Source of the DNA: an uncultured Candidatus Saccharibacteria bacterium
Lineage (GTDB): Bacteria; Patescibacteriota; Saccharimonadia; Saccharimonadales; CALMSM01
Direction: 5' to 3'
Assembly: GCA_937872425.1 (NCBI GenBank)
Contig: CALMSM010000181.1
Coordinates: 1-45,448, forward strand
DNA length: 45,448 nt
The number at the start of each line of letters is the position of its first letter. The stretch's first letter is position 1. Both the position numbers and the translations under genes were made by a program. Positions 30,078-39,375 of the stretch are shown piece by piece. The notes beneath the pieces are model-generated. The model did not search any database, had not been told where the DNA came from, and worked only from the letters and a program-made list of their open reading frames with translations.

Positions 30078-30361
30078 GCGAAGAAGCTACATGTGACGTG
30101 TGTGGCAAAGCTGGTCGGCGTCGGCGGGGGTATTTGGCGCCGGACGATTGGTTGTTTGGAGAGAGCAAGCACTGTGATACTGGCGAAGTCTATGTCGTTT
30201 GGGCATGCTCAAAGACATGTGCTTCATCGTTCTTCAGGCCTGGGCCCTTGAAGTACACTACCGGTACAGACAAAGAGCCAGAGTTGAAGTGCGTAGAGCC
30301 CGGTTGCAACGGAACCGTCCTTAGCGAGGGACAATTTTGCACCGGCTGTGTCCCTTTCTGA
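30074..30361 (+). CDS. hypothetical Cys-rich protein
   Basis: 95-aa ORF with CDVC, C..TC, C..GC and CTGC motifs. Confidence 0.55.
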   Translation: MSEEATCDVCGKAGRRRRGYLAPDDWLFGESKHCDTGEVYVVWACSKTCASSFFRPGPLKYTTGTDKEPELKCVEPGCNGTVLSEGQFCTGCVPF

Positions 30362-30370
30362 GGTGTAAAA

Positions 30371-32278
30371 GTGCGACTCAAGAAGCTAAGAATCCAGAAC
30401 TTTCGAAGCTTCTTAGACTCGACGGTCGAGTTCCCCGAACGTGGCATGGTCCTGATTCGTGGACGAGACCGCACCAGCGGCGAGTCTTCAGGTACGGGCA
30501 AGACTGCCATTTTTTTGGCCATTGCGTACGCCCTCGATTGTCTTCCGTCTGGCTTCACGGCTAAGGCTCTGCAGAACTGGTTCTCGAACGAAGACCTTCA
30601 GGTGACTTTGACCCTTGAGGTCAATGGCAAAGAAGTCGTGCTCTCTCGCGGCACGAAGACCCAGGTCGATTACGGCGACCGTCAAGTCAAAGGTGCCAAG
30701 TCCTACCCCGAAGAGCTTGTGCGCCTGGTCAAGGTTCCGCTCGCATTCATGGGCGCCCTGACATTCCGGCCCCAGGACACCAAGGGTCTATTCCCCTCGA
30801 TGGGTCCGACCGAAAAGTTGGAGTTCCTGAGCGAGCTACTCGGCCTGGGCCAGATTGAGGTCGCCGTTGACAAGGCCGAAGTGACGGCGCGAGGTCTGGC
30901 GACCAAGTATGCGGAGCTTCAGGCTTCCGCAGCGGCAAGCAAGCAGTCCCTTGAGCTTCTTGAATCAACCAAGCCGTTGGAGCCCGAAGGAAACCAGGAA
31001 GAACTGATTGCGACAAGGACCGCTGCGGCAAGCGCTCTGAATACGTTTGACACCATGCTCGCCCAACTGAAGCTTCGGGTCCAGGAAGCCACCAAAGACC
31101 AGACCGACGCCATTTACAGGCGTGTCAAGGAACTTGACAACGAGATTCTCCAGTCTCGCAAGTTCGAGGCCAATCTCTTGGAGCTTGACCGCAGCCGTCA
31201 AGTCGAGCACCAGGCTGCTGCGGCGAAGGTCTTTATCAAGGAAACCGAACTCAGAAGAGTCTGGTTCGCTGCCAAGGCCAATCTCTCCAGTGCAGAAAAG
31301 ACCGTGTCGCGGCTACAGCAAAATCGGTGCCCGACCTGTGACCAGACTTGGGATAGCGCTAAGGAAGAACTCCAGCGGCAACTCGCCATTGTCACCCAAG
31401 AGACCCGAGAAATCCCTGCCCTCGAAGAAGAACTCCGGGTCCTTCAAGAGTCCCGACTCCCCGAGTTCTTGCCCGACCCCAAAATCGCGGCGTGTCGGGA
31501 AATCACCCGCAAGTTGACCGATGAAAAATTCAAGGTGGGCTCTACCCAGGTCACGACCCCTCCAGACATGCTTGAGCGTCTGGTCGCCCTGACTCGTTCG
31601 GTAGAGGAAACCTCAGCCATCAAGCTCAAGGCCGACTGGGAAATTCAGGTCCTTGAAAAAGCTCGCCTGAACTATGAGTCGCAACTGGTCAAGTACACCC
31701 AAGCGGTCGCCTCGCTGCAGGTCAACCGTGGCCTCGCTCTTGACGACCTTCAGACCATCCAGACCAAGCTGAACGCAGAGCGCGACTTCATCGCTCTGAT
31801 GGGCAAGCAGGGGTTCTTGGGGCGTATCGTGGAAGAGGTCCTGGCTGAGATTTCAGACGAGGCCACCAAGTGGCTTGGTCGCATGGCCAACGTGAACCGA
31901 GTCAACATCGTGTTCACGACTGAGAACGAAAAGGGCCGCCAGCAGATTCAGACCTGGGTCGACGTACGGGGAAACCGGGCAAAGCCGGAAGCCGTCCTCA
32001 GTGGCGGACAACTCACTTCGGTCGCTCAGGCCGTCGACCTTGCCGTCATGTCGGTCATCACTCGCCGCAGAGGTGGCGTTGTCCCCGGGTGGCTTTGCTT
32101 GGACGAAGTCTTCAATGGCCAGGGCCAGGTCACCAAGGACGCCAGCCTCGAAATCCTGAAAGAAATCTCCGCTGACAGGCTCGTGATGGTAATCGACCAC
32201 GGGACCGAGACAAAAGAGTCTTTTTCGCGTACAATCGATATCGAGTTCAACGAAGGCATCAGCGAGGTCGTCCAATGA
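30371..32278 (+). CDS. Rad50 / SbcC / T4 gp46-like recombination ATPase
   Basis: 635 aa with a GTG start after GAGGTG. N-terminal LRIQNFRSF...GESSGTGKTAIF (Walker A), a long coiled coil with a central CPTC zinc hook, signature LSGGQ, and Walker B LCLDEVF. Confidence 0.85.
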   Translation: MRLKKLRIQNFRSFLDSTVEFPERGMVLIRGRDRTSGESSGTGKTAIFLAIAYALDCLPSGFTAKALQNWFSNEDLQVTLTLEVNGKEVVLSRGTKTQVDYGDRQVKGAKSYPEELVRLVKVPLAFMGALTFRPQDTKGLFPSMGPTEKLEFLSELLGLGQIEVAVDKAEVTARGLATKYAELQASAAASKQSLELLESTKPLEPEGNQEELIATRTAAASALNTFDTMLAQLKLRVQEATKDQTDAIYRRVKELDNEILQSRKFEANLLELDRSRQVEHQAAAAKVFIKETELRRVWFAAKANLSSAEKTVSRLQQNRCPTCDQTWDSAKEELQRQLAIVTQETREIPALEEELRVLQESRLPEFLPDPKIAACREITRKLTDEKFKVGSTQVTTPPDMLERLVALTRSVEETSAIKLKADWEIQVLEKARLNYESQLVKYTQAVASLQVNRGLALDDLQTIQTKLNAERDFIALMGKQGFLGRIVEEVLAEISDEATKWLGRMANVNRVNIVFTTENEKGRQQIQTWVDVRGNRAKPEAVLSGGQLTSVAQAVDLAVMSVITRRRGGVVPGWLCLDEVFNGQGQVTKDASLEILKEISADRLVMVIDHGTETKESFSRTIDIEFNEGISEVVQ

Positions 32279-32535
32279 AGCTGACTGAGCAGGAGTTGTT
32301 GACAATTGCTTCAGTAGCGCGTAGTAACTGGCACAACATCCCGACCCAAGCGAAGCTGGCTGGAGCCAAGCACTCACATCTCGATGGAGAGCAGCGAGTG
32401 ACGGTTGCCTGGGTCGAAGCTGTAGTTGACATGCTTTCACGAAAGAACTTGATCGACGCTTATTCCAATCCCGGTCTGGGGAAATTGGTCGATCTCGAAA
32501 TCCCAGACCTTGAACCCGACACCGACGGAGCGTAA
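32275..32535 (+). CDS. hypothetical protein
   Basis: 86-aa ORF with an ATGA overlap with the Rad50-like gene. Confidence 0.55.
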   Translation: MKLTEQELLTIASVARSNWHNIPTQAKLAGAKHSHLDGEQRVTVAWVEAVVDMLSRKNLIDAYSNPGLGKLVDLEIPDLEPDTDGA

Positions 32536-32536
32536 A

Positions 32537-32806
32537 ATGAAGAACGCCGACGACCCTTTTGCAGCATTGCCCGAAGAGTTCCGCGACAAGATGGCCAGTT
32601 CGTCGCCTGAAGAAATCAAGGCCGAAATCGCCAGAATTGCCATGGCTGACCAGGACCTGCGTCAGGCCCAGAAGGACGACCAGGACCTGACTGACAAGAA
32701 GGAGCAGGTCAAGTACGCCAACGAGCCCTACAAGGAGGGCTTCAAGGCCAACCGTCTGCAAATCAGCTACCTCAAGCAGGTCCTTGAGGACAAGGGCAAG
32801 GCGTAA
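32537..32806 (+). CDS. hypothetical coiled-coil protein
   Basis: Start at MKNADDPF, with GGAG 6 nt upstream. 89 aa and highly charged. Confidence 0.55.
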   Translation: MKNADDPFAALPEEFRDKMASSSPEEIKAEIARIAMADQDLRQAQKDDQDLTDKKEQVKYANEPYKEGFKANRLQISYLKQVLEDKGKA

Positions 32807-32811
32807 AATCG

Positions 32812-32822
32812 TGTGGTAAGAT
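32812..32822 (+). promoter_or_regulatory. extended -10 element, leaderless layout (ruvC)
   Basis: TGTGGTAAGAT-gtcgag-ATG (32829). Confidence 0.45.
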
Positions 32823-32828
32823 GTCGAG

Positions 32829-33566
32829 ATGAAGATTCTTGCTCTCGACATCTCAACAAAGACCGGCTGGGCGATCTTCGAAACCGGAGTCGCCCAGCCG
32901 GTTGCTTTTGGGGTCTTTGAAAACCCCATCGCAGCGAATTCCATGCCTTATCCGGCAAGCTTCTTGAAGGTCGCAAGGGCTCATGCGTCCTGGCTGAAGG
33001 ACGCAGTCAGGTTTGATCCCGCCAGGACGGTCTTCACCGAGAAAATAGAAATGTGGCCCAACCGTTTCAGCGCCGTCGTCATCGAAGAGACGAACAAGAC
33101 TGGCCGATTCGGGTCACGCCACTCGCAGAAGCTACTTGAGTTTTTGCACTACGCGACAGTAGAAGTTCTTTTGGAGAGCTACCGGGTCGACCAAATCAAG
33201 TATGTCAACACCTCGGACTGGCGCAAGAAGCTCAACCTCAGTGTCGCCGAGACCAAAAAGCTCGCCAAGCCTGCCCTCCGCGAATTTGAAGCGGCCAAGA
33301 AAGCCTTGCTGTCGGAAAAAGACCGAGCTAAGAAGCTCGTTTTGAAGGGTAACCTTGAAACCCTCAAGCGAGACCTCAAGGCGCGCTGTATCCATGGCAA
33401 AATCGACAAAAAATCCATCGCAGTCGCCTTTGCCAACGCTAATTGGGGCCTCACGCTCAAGAAGGGCGACAACGACATTGCGGACGCTTTGTGTTTGGGC
33501 GAAGCGTATCGGCGTGGAGTCCACACGCTCACCAATTCGGACATTTTCGACAGGAAAAACAAATGA
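32829..33566 (+). CDS. ruvC: RuvC-fold Holliday-junction resolvase
   Basis: 245 aa. Catalytic-residue pattern: MKILALDISTKTGWAIF (D), VVIEETN (E), DIADALCLGEA (D). TGTGGTAAGAT sits 6 nt before the ATG. Confidence 0.75.
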   Translation: MKILALDISTKTGWAIFETGVAQPVAFGVFENPIAANSMPYPASFLKVARAHASWLKDAVRFDPARTVFTEKIEMWPNRFSAVVIEETNKTGRFGSRHSQKLLEFLHYATVEVLLESYRVDQIKYVNTSDWRKKLNLSVAETKKLAKPALREFEAAKKALLSEKDRAKKLVLKGNLETLKRDLKARCIHGKIDKKSIAVAFANANWGLTLKKGDNDIADALCLGEAYRRGVHTLTNSDIFDRKNK

Positions 33567-35446
33567 CACAGTGGTCCAACCTAGCCAAAGTGGTGTATTA
33601 CCGGACGTACTCGCGGCACGACGAAGGGAAGCAGGAAAACTGGAAAGACACCGTCAAGCGTGTCATCGCCGGGAACGTCCAGGACCACAAACTCGCTTCG
33701 GGCGAAGCGAGGAACCTTGAGTACTTGCTGTTGAATCGGAAAGCCGGACCTGCTGGTCGCGGTTTTTGGTTCTCGGGTGCTGCTGGTCATCGTGACCTGG
33801 GCGGCGTAGCCCTGAACAACTGCTGGTTCACGACCGCTGAGGACTGGATGAACTTCGTCCTCGCACAGGACCTGCTGATGCTGGGCGGCGGTGTCGGGTT
33901 GTCAGTCGAGTACAAGTACACCTCCAAGCTTCCCATGGTGAAGCGCGGCGTCAATGTCGTCCACAAGTTCACCAAGGATGCCGACTTCATCGTTCCTGAC
34001 AGCCGTGAGGGCTGGAACGAGCTTGTCCGCCGCACCCTTGAGTCCTTCTTGGTCACGGGCAAGTCTTTCAGCTACTCGACCTACGTCATTCGACCCGCAG
34101 GAGAACCCATCAAGGGCTTCGGAGGCAAGGCCTCGGGCCCGCAACCCCTCATCACTCTCGTCGAGAAGATTTCCGGCATCTTGAGGGCCCGTGAGGGCAA
34201 GAAGATTCGTCCTATCGACGCGATGGACATTTTGTGCGCCATCGGCGAAATGGTCGTCTCGGGTAATGTCCGTCGTTCGGCCATCATCATCCTGGGCGAC
34301 CCCTGGGACAAGGACTACCTGAAGGCCAAGCGTTGGGACCTCGGCAACGTGCCGAACCAGCGTGCCATGGCGAACCTTTCGGTCGTCGTAGACGACGTGG
34401 AAGACCTGCACCCGCTGTTCTGGAAGACGTACGAGGCCGGTGAGCCGTTCGGCATCGTCAACCGCACCAACATCCAGAAGTATGGGCGTATGGGCGAACT
34501 GAAGAAGGACACCGCCATCGGCGTCAATCCGTGTGCTGAGGCAACCCTGGAAGGCGGACCTCTCGTCGCAGAGCCCTGTAATCTCCAAGAACTCCCGCTC
34601 CCCAACATCGAAGACGAAGACGAGTTCGTCCTTGCGGCACGTATGATGCACCGCTGGGGCAAGCGCGTCACGATGGAAAAATACCACTGGGGTGGCATTG
34701 ACGAGGTTGTCAAGCGCAACCGCCGAATCGGTACCGGAATTACGGGCTGCCTGCAGAGCCCGCTCTTCAATCCGAAGTCGCTGGACCGTGCGTACCACGC
34801 CATCCAAGAAGAAAACCGCAAGTATTCCAAGGAACTCGGCATCCCCGAGTCGATTCGCACGACCGTGGTCAAGCCATCGGGCACGATGTCCAAGGTGTTC
34901 GATATGCGCGGGTACGAAGGCATTCACCCCGCGTATTCGAGGCACTACATCCAGCGTGTGCGTTTCTCCTCCAATGACCCTCTCGTGCCGATGCTGCGCT
35001 TGGCAGGGCACTACGTCGAGCCTGTACAGCGTTTCGACGGCACGCTTGATTCAAGCACCGTTGTGGTAGACTTCTACGAACAAGCGCCCCAGGGAGCCCC
35101 GGTAGCGGACGAAGACTGGGACACCTGGAAGCAGCTTGACACTCTTTTGATGGCTCAGCGGCACTGGGCAGACCAGGCCGTCTCCGTCACCGTGTACTAC
35201 AAGCGAGAGGACCTGGCCAAGCTCAAGGTCTGGCTGGCAGAAAACCTGAAGAGCCTGAAGTCCATCAGTTTTTTGTGCCACTCCGACCACGGCTTCACCC
35301 AGGCACCCAAGGAAGCCATCGACGCCGATACGTACGCAGAACTTTCTGCAAAAATCAAACCCATCAAGATTGACAGCGACGTCAGTTCGAGCGAAGATCT
35401 ACTCGACGGTCTGGAATGCATGGGGGGAGTGTGTCCGGTAAAGTAG
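33563..35446 (+). CDS. nrdJ: class II (adenosylcobalamin-dependent) ribonucleotide reductase
   Basis: Start at MTQWSNLAKVVYYRTYSR, with an ATGA overlap with ruvC. Active-site NPCAE and the C-terminal Cys pair CMGGVCPV are present. The roughly 627-aa monomeric size is typical of NrdJ. Confidence 0.8.
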   Translation: MTQWSNLAKVVYYRTYSRHDEGKQENWKDTVKRVIAGNVQDHKLASGEARNLEYLLLNRKAGPAGRGFWFSGAAGHRDLGGVALNNCWFTTAEDWMNFVLAQDLLMLGGGVGLSVEYKYTSKLPMVKRGVNVVHKFTKDADFIVPDSREGWNELVRRTLESFLVTGKSFSYSTYVIRPAGEPIKGFGGKASGPQPLITLVEKISGILRAREGKKIRPIDAMDILCAIGEMVVSGNVRRSAIIILGDPWDKDYLKAKRWDLGNVPNQRAMANLSVVVDDVEDLHPLFWKTYEAGEPFGIVNRTNIQKYGRMGELKKDTAIGVNPCAEATLEGGPLVAEPCNLQELPLPNIEDEDEFVLAARMMHRWGKRVTMEKYHWGGIDEVVKRNRRIGTGITGCLQSPLFNPKSLDRAYHAIQEENRKYSKELGIPESIRTTVVKPSGTMSKVFDMRGYEGIHPAYSRHYIQRVRFSSNDPLVPMLRLAGHYVEPVQRFDGTLDSSTVVVDFYEQAPQGAPVADEDWDTWKQLDTLLMAQRHWADQAVSVTVYYKREDLAKLKVWLAENLKSLKSISFLCHSDHGFTQAPKEAIDADTYAELSAKIKPIKIDSDVSSSEDLLDGLECMGGVCPVK

Positions 35447-35457
35447 TGAATGTCCGA

Positions 35458-35466
35458 TGGTAATCT
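35458..35466 (+). promoter_or_regulatory. extended -10 element, leaderless layout (HNH)
   Basis: TGGTAATCT-gtagggc-ATG (35474). Confidence 0.45.
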
Positions 35467-35473
35467 GTAGGGC

Positions 35474-36040
35474 ATGAACCGGATAAAACTTGAAGGAACG
35501 AAGATTGGTAAATGGTCCGTTGTTACCCAAGGAGAGTCGGCTCGCGGAATGACTAGATATGTCTGCAGGTGCGAGTGCGGTAGAGAGGCTTTGGTCTATT
35601 CTAAGCATTTGCTCTCTGGTAGCACCCGAGGGTGTCGTCCGTGCTCTGCAAAAGCAGGACGACGCCACCCGCAATTTAAGGGTGTTGGGGAAATAAGCGC
35701 CGACTGGTGGGTAAGTCATCCAGGAAGAAGTGTGACTCTGCACGCTAGAAGACCTATCGAGCTTGCAATCACGATCCAACAGGCCTGGGAATTATTCCTT
35801 GCTCAAGGAAGAAAATGTGCCTTAAGTGGCGAGCCAATTGCGTTCCCTCGGATTAACGCAGAAAAGGGAACAGCCTCGCTTGATCGAATTGACAGCAACT
35901 TGGGTTACGTGCTAGGAAACGTCCAGTGGGTACATAAAGACGTCAATATCATGAAAAACAAATTCGATCAAGACTACTTCATCGGACTTTGTGTCAAAAT
36001 AGCAAGTAAAGGAACTCTATGTACGGATACGAAAAACTGA
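35474..36040 (+). CDS. HNH homing endonuclease (free-standing, between nrdJ and dut)
   Basis: 188 aa. SLDRIDSNLGYVLGNVQWVHKDVNIMKNKF is an HNH/HNN core. The gene is visibly more AT-rich than its neighbours. TGGTAATCT sits 7 nt before the ATG. The 3' end overlaps dut by 22 nt. Confidence 0.8.
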   Translation: MNRIKLEGTKIGKWSVVTQGESARGMTRYVCRCECGREALVYSKHLLSGSTRGCRPCSAKAGRRHPQFKGVGEISADWWVSHPGRSVTLHARRPIELAITIQQAWELFLAQGRKCALSGEPIAFPRINAEKGTASLDRIDSNLGYVLGNVQWVHKDVNIMKNKFDQDYFIGLCVKIASKGTLCTDTKN

Positions 36041-36480
36041 TTGGATACGAGGCCGTCAAGGTCAAGCGACTGAATGACCTGGCTCAGTTGCCCACCAAAG
36101 CAACCGAGGGGTCCTCGGGCTTCGACCTGCGTGCGTCTAAGGACGTCGTCCTCGCTCCGGGCTGCTGCGCCATGGTGGAGACGGGTCTGAGCTTCGAAAT
36201 GGATGCTGGTCTTGAAATTCAGATCCGCTCAAGGTCGGGTCTCGCCGCCAAGCACGGTGTGGTCGTCTTGAATTCACCCGGAACCATCGACAGCGACTAC
36301 CGTGGTGAAGTCAAGGTGATTCTGATGAACCATGGCGCTTTGCCGCTGATGGTGTATGCTGGCGACAGAATCGCCCAGGCGGTCGTTTGCTACCTCCCCA
36401 AGGTCTACCTGGCCGAGGAATCCGACCTTTCTGCCACAGACCGTGGTGTAGGCGGCTTCGGTAGCACTGGAGTCAAGTAA
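36019..36480 (+). CDS. dut: dUTP diphosphatase
   Basis: 153 aa carrying the five dUTPase motifs: SSGFDLRA, RSGLAAKHG, GTIDSDYRGEV, GDRIAQ, RGVGGFGSTG. Confidence 0.9.
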   Translation: MYGYEKLIGYEAVKVKRLNDLAQLPTKATEGSSGFDLRASKDVVLAPGCCAMVETGLSFEMDAGLEIQIRSRSGLAAKHGVVVLNSPGTIDSDYRGEVKVILMNHGALPLMVYAGDRIAQAVVCYLPKVYLAEESDLSATDRGVGGFGSTGVK

Positions 36481-37271
36481 TGTCCTTCTTTGGCATGCAA
36501 GATGAAGAGCAGCAGGAAATCTCCGTTCAGGTCGTCAGCGCTCCACCCAAAACCGAAGAGACCTCGGTCGACGACATGTTGCAAGAGGCTGAGCGCCGCT
36601 TTGCCAAGGCCAGGTACTACGAAATCCTCATCAAGGAGCCCATCTTCGAGGACGACACCTCACCGTTCGCAGTCGAAGTGGTGGGTGAAATCCAGCGGTA
36701 TGCCCGGGAACGACTTTCAGTGCTTTTGGGCATCACGAGCGAACGCAAGGCCACTCCAGACCAGTTCACGGCAGACGAGGTCGCCATCCTGAAGGCGATG
36801 GCTTCGAAGTTGCTGAAGAAGCCGGAAATCGGCGGTCTTCAGAACTCTGCGCCGGTACTCAAGAGGGCTTCGAGCCCCAACACTCCAGCCCTCAAGAAGT
36901 CCCAGGGTCTCAAGAAGTCCGAGTCGACTCCACAATCGGCACCCAAGCCGAAGGTTGAGAAAAAACCGACGGACGAACTCATGCGGATCCCCCAAAGGGA
37001 CGGGACATTCAGGGAGTACCGCAAGGTTCTTGAAAACGGCAAGGAATTCTATTATTCTGCTGAAGGCAATAGGTACGTCCTCGCCCAGAACGGTGCGGGG
37101 GAGTACTACATGAGGTCTGCAGCCCGACAAGCGAAGCCTGTCGGAGTAAAGCCCTTGCCTCCGCTCACAAGTGATGCTATGGCTGCGGTTGCAGCACAGC
37201 ACGTACGGGTCGCCATGGCCCAAGACCCAGTAGCAAATAGTGGCGCAACCAATCAACTCACCGAAGGATAA
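36480..37271 (+). CDS. hypothetical protein
   Basis: 263-aa ORF with a TAATG overlap with dut. The central region is basic and Pro/Lys-rich. Confidence 0.6.
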   Translation: MSFFGMQDEEQQEISVQVVSAPPKTEETSVDDMLQEAERRFAKARYYEILIKEPIFEDDTSPFAVEVVGEIQRYARERLSVLLGITSERKATPDQFTADEVAILKAMASKLLKKPEIGGLQNSAPVLKRASSPNTPALKKSQGLKKSESTPQSAPKPKVEKKPTDELMRIPQRDGTFREYRKVLENGKEFYYSAEGNRYVLAQNGAGEYYMRSAARQAKPVGVKPLPPLTSDAMAAVAAQHVRVAMAQDPVANSGATNQLTEG

Positions 37272-37277
37272 ACCCAA

Positions 37278-37823
37278 ATGTCGCAAGTCGAAACAGTAGC
37301 TCGTATGGCCGGTTCCACAGCACGCAACGCACTGCAGCGCGTTCAGGACATCGAAGAGACGATGCAGCAGGTCGTCTTCCAGTTCAACCAGGAAATCACC
37401 AAAATCAACGAGAACGCAGCAGTGCTCGTTGAGATGCTTGGCGAGGACGCCTTCAAGGCGGCCCTCAAGGCTCGTCGCGACAGAACCGAAGAGACCACTG
37501 TCGGTGCCCAGAAGGCAGCCATTGCCGACGCCGTCGCTGCGGGCACCCTGAAGTCGGGCGATGTGGTTGCAGCCAGTTCGCTGCTCATCCTGACCGAGAA
37601 GCTGGCCGATGGCACGGTGCTTCCGTACGGTTCGCGGGTCCAGTTGCCCGTGGGTCAAATCAAGGAGCCTCTCCGTGGCCAGTTCCTCGGCAAGAAGGTC
37701 GGCGAGGCAGTCGCAACCGAGCCTGGCGGACACCTGTTCGAGGTCACCGAAATCTACGAGCCCCAGCAGGCTCCTGCGCCCGTGGTTCCGGTAGTGGAGA
37801 GCCTCCCTGAGCAGGTGAAGTAA
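37278..37823 (+). CDS. hypothetical protein
   Basis: 181-aa ORF. The C-terminal half (GDVV...DGTVL...VQLPVGQ...LGKKVGE) is only vaguely FKBP/GreA-C-like, so no function is called. Confidence 0.6.
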   Translation: MSQVETVARMAGSTARNALQRVQDIEETMQQVVFQFNQEITKINENAAVLVEMLGEDAFKAALKARRDRTEETTVGAQKAAIADAVAAGTLKSGDVVAASSLLILTEKLADGTVLPYGSRVQLPVGQIKEPLRGQFLGKKVGEAVATEPGGHLFEVTEIYEPQQAPAPVVPVVESLPEQVK

Positions 37824-38968
37824 TGGGCCGGGGTTCTCGCGAGGAAAGACTGGAACGGCTGCTCGCTGGCCAGTCGTACCTTGAGGGCGAGGTTCAAGAC
37901 CTCGTCGCCAAGCACGGGAAGCGCAAGACCGAAACGCAACTCAAGGCGTTGGTCCGCAACGACACGCTGATGCGGTCCCTTGAGAAGCTCTTCGAAGAGC
38001 ACCCCTGGCCCGCCGCAGAAGAAGTTCGGGTCGCCCGGTCTTTCAAGAAGAAGGGCAAGAAGACCAAGAAGGCGGGACACAAGCGCATCCTGAACCTGAT
38101 GCTCTCTGACCTGCACTACGGGTCCGACATCGGTATCGAAGAAACAGGTACCCAGTACGGACCCGTAGAAGAGTCTCGCCGTACCGCAGCGGTGGTTGCC
38201 GAAGTCGCGAAGTGGAAGCGCCAGTACCGCGACGAAACGGTGCTGTATGTCCACCTCCTGGGCGACATCATCGAAGGCAAGCTCCACGACCCCGAATCCG
38301 CCGCACCGATGACCGAGCAGGTCTATCGTGCGTGGTGGGTCCTTGGCCAGGCCCTGCGGTTTCTGTCTACGCAATTCCAGCAGGTCAAGGTGTTCTGCAC
38401 ACCAGGTAACCACGGTCGCCGCAAGGACCGTCATCCTGGCCGAGCCGTCAATCAGAAGTGGGACTCCATCGAGACCATGATTTACGGCGGCCTGAAGCTG
38501 GCTCTGGCGGACCACAAAAACGTCAAGTTCGAAATTCCCCTGACGCCGTACTACCGGTACAAGGCGTTCGACAAGACCGGCTTCATGACGCACGGCGACA
38601 CGGTCCTCAACGTCGGTTACCCCAACAGGGCCATCAACGTCGAAGGTATCCGTCGTCAAATCAACGAAATCAACGCGAAGGAGCACTGCGACCTGTTTGG
38701 CGCAGGTCACGTTCACGTTGCTTCGACCGTGAGACTCCCCAACGGACCGATGCTGATTACCAACGGGTGTCTGGTGCCGAGCGGCGAGTATGGTCAGTCC
38801 ATCGGCATCATGCACACAGGCTGTTGCCAGCAAATCTGGGAATCCGTTCCTGGAATCATCTGCGGCCACCGCATGGAAATCATCGTCAATGAATCCAACG
38901 ACAAGGACGCCTCACTCGACAAAATCATCAGTCCATATCCTGGGATGCAAGCCTTTGGCCAGCTATGA
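37823..38968 (+). CDS. calcineurin-like metallophosphoesterase (second Mre11/SbcD-type candidate)
   Basis: 381 aa. Motifs in order: LSDLHYG, LLGDIIEG, PGNHG, THGD, GAGHVH. Confidence 0.75.
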   Translation: MGRGSREERLERLLAGQSYLEGEVQDLVAKHGKRKTETQLKALVRNDTLMRSLEKLFEEHPWPAAEEVRVARSFKKKGKKTKKAGHKRILNLMLSDLHYGSDIGIEETGTQYGPVEESRRTAAVVAEVAKWKRQYRDETVLYVHLLGDIIEGKLHDPESAAPMTEQVYRAWWVLGQALRFLSTQFQQVKVFCTPGNHGRRKDRHPGRAVNQKWDSIETMIYGGLKLALADHKNVKFEIPLTPYYRYKAFDKTGFMTHGDTVLNVGYPNRAINVEGIRRQINEINAKEHCDLFGAGHVHVASTVRLPNGPMLITNGCLVPSGEYGQSIGIMHTGCCQQIWESVPGIICGHRMEIIVNESNDKDASLDKIISPYPGMQAFGQL

Positions 38969-39375
38969 CCGAAGACGATGTAGAAGCAGCCCAGTTTGAG
39001 ATTGACCTGAAGAAGTCGGACCTCGAAGACATTCGGTCAAGGATTCAAGACTGCAAGACGACTGGCGCTGCTGCTGGTCGTCTTGTTGCGTCTTTGGTGG
39101 CTTCGATCGAGTCGATGAACCGCTCGAAGGTTGTGTCTGCCGCCGAGTACGTCACGGTGCGTCGCAACTGGGAGCGCGCCAAACAGGTCGTCAAGGACTG
39201 CGAAGCCAAGCTGAAAGAACTGGCCGGTCACGCAGATACCCAAGAAAAACAAATACTTGCGGATGAGAAGGCTTTACAACGCGCTCTCGCTGAAGTAAGC
39301 TCGATTCCGCCTCAAGCAACAATATTGGAATTCAAAAATGGCATCAGACGAGACGAAGAAGAAGATTTTGAGTGA
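38965..39375 (+). CDS. hypothetical coiled-coil protein
   Basis: 136-aa ORF with an ATGA overlap with the upstream gene. Confidence 0.55.
   Translation: MTEDDVEAAQFEIDLKKSDLEDIRSRIQDCKTTGAAAGRLVASLVASIESMNRSKVVSAAEYVTVRRNWERAKQVVKDCEAKLKELAGHADTQEKQILADEKALQRALAEVSSIPPQATILEFKNGIRRDEEEDFE

Noticed and set aside
37278-37823. Possible FKBP-type or GreA-C-like fold in the 181-aa protein.
   Set aside because: The resemblance is limited to a few spaced Gly/Val/Leu positions. That is not enough for a functional call without a profile search.
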